Source: Saprolegnia diclina VS20 (Eukaryota). Taken from it: a stretch of 38,329 nucleotides of DNA. Location: the NCBI RefSeq assembly GCF_000281045.1, contig NW_008246077.1:981939-1020267 (forward strand), read 5' to 3'. Position numbers and translations under genes: made by a program. This document shows, piece by piece, positions 10,601-20,386 of this stretch; within the stretch, counting starts at the first letter, position 1; the number at the start of each line of letters is the position of its first letter. The notes below the pieces were generated by a model. It was not told where the DNA came from, made no database searches, and saw nothing but the letters and a program-made list of their open reading frames with translations.

Positions 10601-13600
10601 GCACGTACATGGTCCAGTTGAACGGACGGAAGAGACCGCCCAAGTACGCGTTGGGGTGCGGCACAAAGCTTCCTTGGTCGCAAACCGGGAGACTGCAGTC
10701 GTGGCCACTCCAGCCGACAGGACAGAGGCACGTATTGGGCGCGACGCACGTGCCCCCGTTCAAGCAGCTTTGCGTACATACCGGTGTCCGGCAGTCGGTG
10801 CCTTGCCACGGCGACGGACAGCTGCACGTGCTGGGTGCAGTGCAGTTGCCGCCGTTGCCGCAAGTCTGCACGCACACGGGCGTCGTGCAGTTGGCGTCAA
10901 ACCAGCCATTGGCGCACGCACACGTGTCGGGTGCGCTGCAGCTCCCGCCGTTGGCACACGACTGTACGCACAGCGGCGTCGTGCAAGCAGCGCCCGTGTA
11001 GCCGGGGACGCACGCGCATTGATTCGGCCCGACGCAGAGCTCGCGTGCGCCGCACGGCTGCGCACAGAGGGCCGTCGTGCAGTCGTCACCGGTCCACCCG
11101 GCGGCGCAAGTACAGACATCCATGGCCGAGCACACGCCGCCGTTCTCACAGACCTTGGAGCAGATGGCCGAGAGAGCGCGAATGCGGTGGTTGAGCGTAT
11201 CGGCAACATACAGATAGCTGGTCGCAGACGGCGGCGCAACGACGGCCACGCCGCTTGGACCGTTAAAGAACGCGGCCAACGGAGGCTGGCCGTCGCGAAA
11301 GCCGGCGGCGAACTCGAGCAGGGCTTTTGGGTGGCCGGCCACGGTCTACGTTGCATACGTCTCAGAGTCGTTTGAAGACAGCGACGAACGGACGTACTTG
11401 GACGCTGACATGGGTCACGGGAGTCACAGCAATGGAGAAGAAGCGCGCGCCAAGCTGGTCGCGGTCGACGGTTTGGGACGTGACGTCGTTGGCCGAGGAC
11501 CCCGTGCGGTACAAAGCGTTGGCAAAGAGCGTGTTTGGCTGCAGTGTCAGCGTGACGAGTCCGCCAGTAGCGCCATTGATGACGCCGGCGTGGATCGCAG
11601 CATAGCAAATGGACGACGCGTCGGTGTAGCGCTGCGAGCCGTAGACCGGTGTTGGACTATTGCAATTGGCGGGGCACGCCACTTGGATCGTGCTGCCAAA
11701 GTCAACGTCTTGGCCGATCGCCGTGATGGGCGCCCCGGCCGCGTCATACAGTTTGGTGCAGAGATCGCTAGACAATATGTATGTTACTAGAGACCATGTG
11801 TCTACATAAGTTGTGCGTACCCGGTCGTGAGCGCATCGATGGGCGGCGACCCGACGCACGCTTGCACGGTGCGCCCGAGGATGTTCAAGCCGGCTTTGAC
11901 GCTAAAGACGCTTCGGTTCACCGCATTGTAGAAGATATTGTCTATCCATTGTCAGACGACTCCTTCTGCTGCGTCGAGCATACTCATGGCCGGGGAGACC
12001 TTGTAGTGGAGCGCGTCGGTCGGCGGCTCGTACGACGCACAGCCCGACGGACTCAGCACGTCCCTCGCACGCGTCGAGCACTCGACGCTGCGGGCCTACG
12101 GGTGCACTGTATGATGCGCAGCAGGACGCAGATGTGACGTACGACGGACGCGGCTTGCGACAGCATGCGTACGTGGTTGGAGATGGAGCTGACAGCAAAC
12201 ACCCGCTGGTCCACTGGACTCATGGCGACGCCCGAGACGTGAAACGACGCCTCGTTGCTGTCCCCGTCCGTCTCGCCGTAGGCAAACGGGCCTGCGCCCG
12301 CGACCGTCACGACGCGCTTGTCACCGGCGACACCCGTGACGTCACTGACGTCATACGCAACACGGCGCACGCGGTGGTCGTCCGCAACCAACACCGTGTT
12401 CATCGGACCCATCGCAATGCCGGTCGGGTGGTTAAACTGCGCGTACGTGGCGTTGCCGTCGCGAAAGCCGGCGACGCCGCGGACGCATGGCGGCGGACAC
12501 CCGAGGATCGGCGTCGTCTGCGCCAACACGTTGCCAGCGAGCGTCGTCGTCGTGCCGTCGACACTAGATGCATCCGCTGTCAGTACCTCCACTAGTGTCT
12601 GATACGGTGCACCTGATGGCCCGAATGATGTGGTTGCCCGTGTCCGCGACAAACACGATGCCGGACGACGCCACGGCGACGCCCATGGGTGTGTTGAACG
12701 ACGCGTTGCCGGGCGAGCCGTCTGCGAGACCGGGTTGTGGCGGCGCGGCGGCCGTCGCCAGCGTCGCAGTTTCAGTGCCGCCGAGACACCGCCCGGCGAC
12801 GCAGCTCACGAGATTGGTCGCGAGATTGACGAGGCGGATGCGGTGGTTGCCCGTGTCGGCGATGTACAGTAGCGTGCTGCTCCCTGTCTCCAAGACGGCG
12901 ACGCCCGACGGAAACGAGAACGTCGCGCTCAACGCCGGGCCGTCGGCAAAGCCTTCAACGCCGGCGCCGGCGACCGTCGATACGACTTGCGTCCCGGCGG
13001 CAATCTAATATTGTGCAAAGTGGTAAAGTGGTGCAAAGTGGTGCAAAGTGGTGCAAAGTGAGGAGGCTGTACCTTGCGAATGCGGTGGTTGTTGGTGTCG
13101 GCGACGTACACGTTGTTGGCTGCGTCGACCGCGAGGCCGCGGGGGTAGGCAAACTGCGCAGTCGCCGCAGGCCCATCCTACAAGGAGCTTGCACGTAGTC
13201 GCACGACGCCACGCGCACCTGAAAGCCCGGCGTGCCGACGCCCGCGAGGCTAAAGACGCGACCTTGCGCCGACGCCGTCGTAGCAAAGCTCCACAACTCA
13301 GACACATTGTCCCAATCGGCCACGCGCGTCACGGGCCCGGCGCCCCAGCAGCGCACCGAGCAGTTGGCATAGTCGACTCCGAACGGCGAGAGGCAGCTGT
13401 CGCCGGACAAGAGCACGCAGATGCGGGTGGCGCCGCCATAGTCGTACCGATGCCGCCCGCCGATGGCCCACGGCACGTCCGTGACCGTCGGGATGTTCGC
13501 CGGCAGCGCCGCCCAGCTGACGCCTTGGAGCTGCATGCGGTCGTTGGAGCAGAGGTGGCACTTGCTCTGGACGCCAAAGGTCGAGCACGCATGGCGCAGA

Positions 13601-13785
13601 TCCTGCGCGTTCGAGTTGACGCGACCGGCAAACTCGAGCGTCTGGGATCGCGTCTTTTGGTACGCGAAGGGCCATCGAGGGGCGGCGACGCTGTCGCACC
13701 ACGGCTGCGTCGTCCACGTCCGATGGACGCGCATGCCGATGGCGCGACCGATTGCGACGACGACGACGACGACGACGATCCGCAT
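7625..13785 (-). CDS. Large type I membrane protein: signal peptide, NHL repeats, LCCL domain, many EGF-like repeats, TM helix and basic tail (multi-exon)
   Basis: Signal peptide [17 protein letters not shown] from the ATG at 13785. NHL repeats ([10 protein letters not shown]...[21 protein letters not shown]...[22 protein letters not shown]...[13 protein letters not shown]). LCCL motif CPANC...[23 protein letters not shown] at about 11450-11700. More than a dozen EGF units of the CxNGGxCxAPxxCxCxxGWxGxDC type. TM segment [19 protein letters not shown] followed by RKRVK; stop TAA at 7625-7627. Many short introns. Confidence 0.85.
13013..13060. repeat. Intronic 10-bp tandem repeat (GTGCAAAGTG)n, about 5 copies, one with a 2-bp deletion
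   Basis: Read directly: gtgcaaagtg gtaaagtg gtgcaaagtg gtgcaaagtg gtgcaaagtg, inside an intron of the NHL-EGF gene. Confidence 0.9.
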
Positions 13786-13958
13786 TTTCGTTGGATTTGT
13801 TCGAAAATTTTCCAGAAAAATCGAAGAACGTGCACATAAGATCGTATTCGTACACGTGGCGTTACGAGAGGTCGAGATATGAAGCGTGAAAAGTATGCAA
13901 GCGGCATGTATGAGGATGCGGCGTTTCGGTGGCGGCGGCGGATATGCATGGTGTCGTC

Positions 13959-16900
13959 TTAGACGCGACGACACGTGACCTTGTGCGTCGGCCAGTCCTT
14001 CTTCTGGCAGGCTTGCGTGCAGTACGCCGTGTCGTTGCAGCGCGCGCACTTCTTCCACTTGCCCTCGCGACCACAGCTGGCGCACACGAGCGTGGTCGGG
14101 GCGGGCGCGGCCTTGGATGTCTTGGGGGCGGTGGCAGGGGCCGGCGCCACCACCACGGGGGCGGGCGGGACGACGGCGGGCGTTGCAACGACGGCGGGTG
14201 TCGTAACGACGGCGGGTGTCGCAACCGGCGGGGCGTCGAGCTTGAGTTCCCACACGTCGCCATAGACAATGTCGTGCTGCATGGTCTCGTAGCCGCCAAA
14301 GAGCAGCGCGCGGTGGCGGGTCGGATCCAACGTCAAGGTGCACCCGGCCCGCGCGCTCGGCCACGGCGACTTGGTGTCCTTGGGCGTTTGCATCTTGGAC
14401 CACGAGACCGACTTGTCGGCGTGATGCACGAGCCGGTAGCCGTCCGCGTGGTACTTGGAGCCGACCGCAAGCTCGGCGTACCCGCCAAACTGGTACATGT
14501 GCCCGTTGTAGCACACAGCTTGGCTCTCGCTGCGGGCGCCCGGGTGCAGCGGCAAAATGCCATTCTTGGCGATGGGCCGCTCGTCGAGCCACGTGTTGTG
14601 GACGAGGTCGAACGCATAGAGCTTGGACCGGTACTCGTAAAAGTCGCTCGTGTCAGCCTTGCCGCCAAAGATATAGAGCGTGTCGTCGTGGACCCAGCCG
14701 AGGTGCAGCGTGAGGAGCGAGCTCGGGGCTTTCGTTTTCGCTTCCTGCGGCATGGCCGACCAGCGCTGCGTCGCAAAGTCAAACACATCAAACGGGTTGT
14801 CGCGCGAGTCGTCTTGGGCGCCGCCAAACACAAGCATCCGCGACCCGTGCAGCACCGCAACGTGCTCGTTGCGCACCGACGTCGGCTCGTTCGGCGCCCG
14901 CACCCGCTTCCACACGTGCGTGTCGACGTTGTAGGCGTAGAGAGCGCCGCCCGTCTGGTCGTCTTCGTGGAGCGGGCACCCGCCATAGACGTACATGTCG
15001 CGGTTGAAGACAACCGCGCTGTGGCCGGCGAGACACGGCGGCTTTTGGCCCGCGCCCGGCACCGTGACCCACTTTTTCGTCTCAAAGATGTACTGGTGGA
15101 TCGCCACGTCATCGTCTTCCGTACCAAACATGGTGGTCGACCGGCCGCCAAAGATGAGGAGCGACGTCGCGTCTGGATGCAGCGCCGCGCTGTGGAAGAA
15201 CCGGTTGATCTTCTTGCCCGTGCCAGGCAGCACGCGCCACGCGGCGGGGATGCTGCACGCGTTGAGCTTGGACTGGATGCGCTGGCCTTGCTCGGCCAGG
15301 TACCCCGCGGGCGGCACGTCCTTGTTGCCCTTCTGGGACTCGATCGCGAGCACGTGCCAGTCGTCAAAGGCGTCATCGTACTGGTGCAACGCTGCGTATG
15401 CGCGGGCGCGGGCGTGAAGGCACCGGATGACGTAAATGTTGGCGCAGTGCGACACGATGAACGGAATGACATGGCTGCAGTCGTCAACGACCTTGGCGTA
15501 CCACTCGAGGCGCAGCGCGGCTTGCGCACGGTTGCTGTAGAGGTTGTCGCCGTTGAGCACCATCTGCGGGTCCTTTTGGTGGTGCATCTCGAGCTTGGCC
15601 TTGAACACTTGAAACTCAGCGATCGCCGATGTGTACTGCGCGTACGCCTCCTTGTAGAGACCCTTTTGGTAAAAGCTGTTGGCGGCCGCCTTTTGCGTCA
15701 TGATCTCGCGCATGCGGGCGAGCGCCGTCACATCCATGTCGTCGTTGCCACCACTGTCACCCTTGCCCTTGCCCTTCTTCTTCTTCTTCTTCTTCTTGGC
15801 CGACGACGACGACAACGTCGCGTCCGGCACCGACTCGTCGTCGACGGGCTTGGGGCGCATCTCGACACCAATGACCTGCAGATGGCTCATGCGCGACGGG
15901 TCGTCCAGCGCGGGGTACTGCACGTGCACGCGCCGCTTGTCGCTGGGCAGCTTGTTGTACGCTACCATGGCCGGCGTCACGGGCAGCGTCGTGTCGAACG
16001 CGTAAAACTTGCGGTAGTCGCCGACCGGCGAGTTGGGCACGGCCGTCAAGATGTCGTCGTCGAGGAGCGTCATGATGACCGACATGGCGACCTGAAGGTA
16101 CACGATCTCTTCCATCGTCGCGGCCACCTGGCGGACGTCAATGTCGCTGCCCGACTTGCGCTTGATCGAGATGCGCGTGAAGAGCGGGAGCACGGGTTGC
16201 GTGACCGGGTCCGGATTGTTGGGGTCCGGAAGCATGAGCGGCGTGCCGAGGCGTGTCTGCGCTTCGATGTAGTCGAGGTCCTTCCACGAGCGACAGCCTT
16301 GACCAGGCGGCTGGAACTCGGCTTTGACGACCGAGTAGAAGCCTTCCGAGTTGCAGCGCATGGTCGAGACCGACCAGTTTTCGTTCTGGACTTCGTGCCA
16401 ATCCTTGTGCACCATGAGCGCCACGTCGCAGCAGCCCGTGCCACCGAGGATCTGGACGAACCGGAACGGCGACCCATGCATCTCGACGCGCACGACGTGG
16501 TTGATGCGCATGTGCAGCCACGGTTGCGCCTGCCAGAAGCGCGCGCTCGTCTCAAAGAGCGACCGGATGATCGAGTCGGTCATGGACGGAATCGCCTCCA
16601 TGCCGGCACAGACGCACGGGCGCGCTTCTTGGCCCGGGTACGGCTTGTTGAGCAACGTGCCATCGCAGAGCGCGCACCGCGACGGAATGTTGCTCGCAAA
16701 CTGCTCAGCAATCTCGGCAAACGCATGCGGGATCTCGCTCTCATGGCGACCCATGATGGTGAGATTCAAGCTACCGGCGGCCGCGCCAAGGCCGTCGCGT
16801 AGCATCGCTTCGTACTTGAGCGGGCAAAAGACGCGCGAGTTGGGCGGCAACGACGTTTGCAGGACTTCGAAATCAGCGGCTGTCACGGGGCCCATATGGA

Positions 16901-17221
16901 CGATGGGCTCGACCTTGAGGATGATCGAGATCGGCGACAAGACAAGCAGCAGCGTGGGCGTCTGGTGGCAGGGTTGCTACATGTTACGACAGTGAGCTTC
17001 CATGGCATGCTGCCCATCGCATGTACCTGGAACTCGTCCACGGACGAGACCCATTGTCGCAAGCGAACCTACGGTCAGAACGGCCCCATAAGATCGCGGA
17101 TCGGTCTTCCTCGCCAGATCGCCCATGCACGTACCACGTTGACCCAGCAGTCGTAGTCTGCTTCGAAGAGCCGGCTCTGCGGTGGCTTGGACAGCGGGAT
17201 GCGCCTCTTCCTCGACGTCAT
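13959..17221 (-). CDS. TPR-Kelch-MYND zinc finger protein with an uncharacterised N-terminal domain
   Basis: Exons 17221-17135, 17068-17027 and 16976-13959 splice in frame (MTSRKRRIPL...). Three TPRs (AANSFYQKGLYKEAYAQYTSAI; LYSNRAQAALRL), six Kelch-like repeats (IFGG/VYGG/VFGG/IFGG/QFGG/LFGG with WK/WS), a poly-Lys run, and a C-terminal MYND finger CASC...CARC...YCTQACQKKDWPTHKVTC. Confidence 0.9.
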
Positions 17222-17623
17222 CTCGCTTGCTCGCGCGTGATCTTGGAAGTGCCAGCGCCTTACAAACCCGAATCGTTTTCACGGGTTTCTATCCAACAAA
17301 ACGTATGCGTTTTCAGAGGTTCGCACTTAAACGGGACGCTACCGCACCATTGGCTATTGGTATGTTCTGAAAGCGTACTTTGCGGAGCACTGGACTCTCC
17401 TTCAAAGTGCGCCCTGTCCTATTGTTCGACATCGTGCTTTCCATACAAAATACAAATGTCATTTTCTAGAAACACAAAAAAATACAAGGCGCACTTGTGC
17501 GGAGCGTGAATATCGGATGCTCGAGACCAACGGCGGGCGCTCGTGCTGCCACGAGTCATGCGATAAGATCTTGGTGCAATGTCAATACCCCAAGAGGGCG
17601 TTCGGACGCTTCTCGGGAGGGAG

Positions 17624-20327
17624 CTAAAGCTTCCGGGCGCGAATGAGCGTCTCCAGCGACCCGGCAAACGTATCACGATCGTCGACCGTCGCGCAGATGT
17701 AGTCGACCGTGCGCTTGCAAATGACGACGCTCAAGCAGTGGTCGTCCGACGCAGTCTCGGCGCCCTTCTTCGGCGCACTCGGCTTGCCTTTGGTCACGGA
17801 CGCGATCGAAGCCATCGGAATGTGCTTGCACGTGCGCTCCTTGCTGCTGTTGTCGTAGCTCACGAGGTACTTTTGGTCCGAATCAAACTCAAAATGGCGC
17901 GGTTTGAGTTTCCCAAACCAGCCCCCCACCACCTAGAGATGACGCTATGCGCTGGATAAATCACTGTTGCTCTACCTTTTGGACGTGGTACGCTCGCTTA
18001 AAGTCGACCAACGGAACAACAAGGTCCGCACCCTGAACCTCGTCCGGGGCCGTCGTCGACGCCGCACGCGACAGCTTCTACACATTTACATCATCAAATC
18101 AAGCACTTGACGAGTCATACCCGAGGCAGGGGCGGTGCTGTGTCGGCCTACGCATAGCGCAACATTAACGACTCGAATGTGTATGCAGGCAAAAGGCTAG
18201 CATACCGCGCTCGGTCGGCGCGAGAGTGGCGAGGGCGGGCCGTCGGACGACGAGCTCAGTCGGCGCTGCAACGCCGACACCTGGTCGTCGGTCAAACACA
18301 GCTTCTCTTGGAGTCTCGTCATCGTCGACTGCACCGAATCCCGGTGCACGAATGGAAACGGCGAGACGAGCTCGGGCGTTGGCGACGCTGGTGTTGTCAC
18401 CGGCACTGTCGCCGCCGGCATTGGTGCAAACGACAGAGTCTTTGTACTTGGCTCTAGGGCGGTCAACAGCGCTTCAATGTCGGCTACGGGCTTGGAGCGC
18501 ACGTCCAACGCATCGACCCACTCGAGGCGACTCCCCAACGACACGCCACCGGCGGCTTCCACGCTGCTGCCACACACAAAGCCCGTGACGACCGCCGCAC
18601 TCGGTACAGTAGGGTCGAAGCGCACACCTGCGCCGCCGGGACCGACAACGACATCGATGGCGGCTTTGCGCGGGACGGTGGAGTTGATCGTCGGCGGCGT
18701 GAACGAAAGCACCTTGGCCTGCGCCGAGAGACCCTTGAGAAGGTCGGCCACCTGGGCGAGTGCAAGGGAGCTCAAATCAAAGCCATCGACACCAACGAGG
18801 ACGCTCTGGGGCGCAACAGCACCGTGCATCTGGATGGCCGAGGTTGACGCAATCGTCTCGAGCATCGCGCATTCGGGCCGGTGCGCAGCAAACGTGAGTC
18901 CGAGAGGTCCAGCTGGCACGTACACGTCCAGTGTCGGGCGATGCGCCAGTGTCGTGAACGTGAGGTCTTTGGGCGTGTGCGCAAGCTTTTGAAAGAGCTC
19001 GATCGTCGCGTGGAGTGCAAGGCACGAGATGTTGAAGCCGTTGATGCATATGAGGATGCTGCCAGCGCGCACGAGGCCGCTACGCTCCAAGACGCCTCGT
19101 TCGCCATTTGGAAGCGCCCGGAACCCCGCGACGACCGTGTGCGACGGCTTGTTGCCGTCAAAGTCGATGCCCAGTGGTCCCGCGGGGACGTGCACAACAT
19201 GCGTTGGGCCCTCTGCGCGCCGACGGCGGATCTCGGATTCCGTGACAAAGGTTACGACGCGCGGGACGTGCGGGAGCTGGCTCAAGAGCCGCACGACGCG
19301 ATCCCGAGTCGCAAAGCTCACGTCCACACCGTTTACACTTGCCACGCACGCACCAAGGAGGCGGTGCTTGTACGGGGCGTAGTACGGACGGTCGGCGTCC
19401 GCCGACGTTGTAAACTCCGTCACTTTGACAAACGCGACCTCGGAGCTGTCCAGATTGAGGCCCAGCGACGAGTCGAGGATCGTGACCGTGATCGCGCTGT
19501 CGGACGACGTTGCGGCCGGGGCTGTCGACGAAGTGGTGTAGCACAGGAGGCGGCTCGCGGCGCCGGCGGTGCGGACGAGCTCGTGGGCAGCTGCTGGTGC
19601 CAGCGCTGTGAGGTCGGTGGTACCGACGGCAATGACGACGGCGTTCGGTGCCGACGTAGTTGCTGTGAGACGCATGGACGTCGGCGCCGCGAATGCAACT
19701 GGGCCAGTCACGTAGAGCAGGCGCGTGCAGGTGCGCGGCGCGAGGCGGTACAGCTCGATCGTCTTGGGGACGTCAAAGACAAGGGCAAGGTGGCTGACGA
19801 CAGCGTCCCGGTCCATCGTCGACACATCGACGCCGTTGATACGTAGTATGCGACAGCCACGATGGGCTGTCGCGCTCCAGGACGCGGTTGCTGCCTCGAC
19901 GACAGCCCAATGCGGAATGTCGGGGTGCAGTGTCAGCCCCAATGGCCCCGGAGGCGCCGTCAAGAGCAGCTTCTTGGCAATGTCCCACCGACTTGGGGTT
20001 GACGGTGCCCGTAAAAAAGTGAGCTCTCGCGGCGCGTTGGCCGTCTGCCCAAGGACCTCGATCACCTACGTCCCAGGATCAGATCGTGCCGGCCTCGCAC
20101 AAGATGGCGCGTACCTCGAGGCGCGTTAAGAACAAGAGGTCGAGGTCGTTGAGCTGCACGAGGCGGTCGCCGGGGTGCACACGGCCGCAATGCGCTTGCA
20201 TCGTGCCCGGCGTAGCATCGTACGCGCCGACAAAGACGCCGGCGGTGCTATCGCCTTCGAGAAGCGAGAGCCCGAGGCGGCCTGGCGCCACCGTCACCGT
20301 CACATACATGCGACCCAGCGCGTCCAT
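17624..20327 (-). CDS. Multi-PDZ (6-7 PDZ-like repeats) scaffold with C-terminal PH domain (multi-exon)
   Basis: Repeated PDZ carboxylate-loop motifs (PGRLGLSL, PGPLGLTL, SSLGLNL, AGPLGIDF, AGPLGLTF, PGGAGVRF), each followed by G..l..vNG.Dv...L..L...pk.l.F-type segments. ORFs 20079..20327, 18197..20065, a short exon near 17977-18080 and 17624..17932 can be joined by GT-AG introns. The last exon is PH-like (KPRHFEFDSD...IPMASIASVTKGK...CLSVV...TVDYIC...DRDTFAGSL). Confidence 0.8.
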
Positions 20328-20386
20328 TGTCGCTCAAATGAGAAAGTCGGGAATAGGCGCAGCGGTTACCCACGTTTCGTGGGCGG

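Noticed and set aside
13013..13060. Tandem repeat as a CRISPR or telomeric array
   Set aside because: The 10-bp units have no spacers, sit inside a spliceosomal intron, and are not TTTAGGG-like.
14170..14232. 18-bp tandem repeat in the Kelch-MYND gene
   Set aside because: It encodes an ordinary low-complexity TPAVV linker.
12955..14592. 545-aa minus ORF that seems to fuse the Kelch-MYND gene end to the NHL-EGF gene
   Set aside because: The N-terminal half is an off-frame reading of the MYND gene plus the spacer. The credible start is the signal-peptide ATG at 13785.
13929..16802. 957-aa plus-strand ORF, and similar long ORFs at 35599..38100 (-), 30903..32240 (+), 20660..22318 (-) and 10185..11375 (+)
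   Set aside because: These are antisense shadows of real genes, produced by strong GC3 codon bias. They have no recognisable domains and an R/A/V-rich composition.
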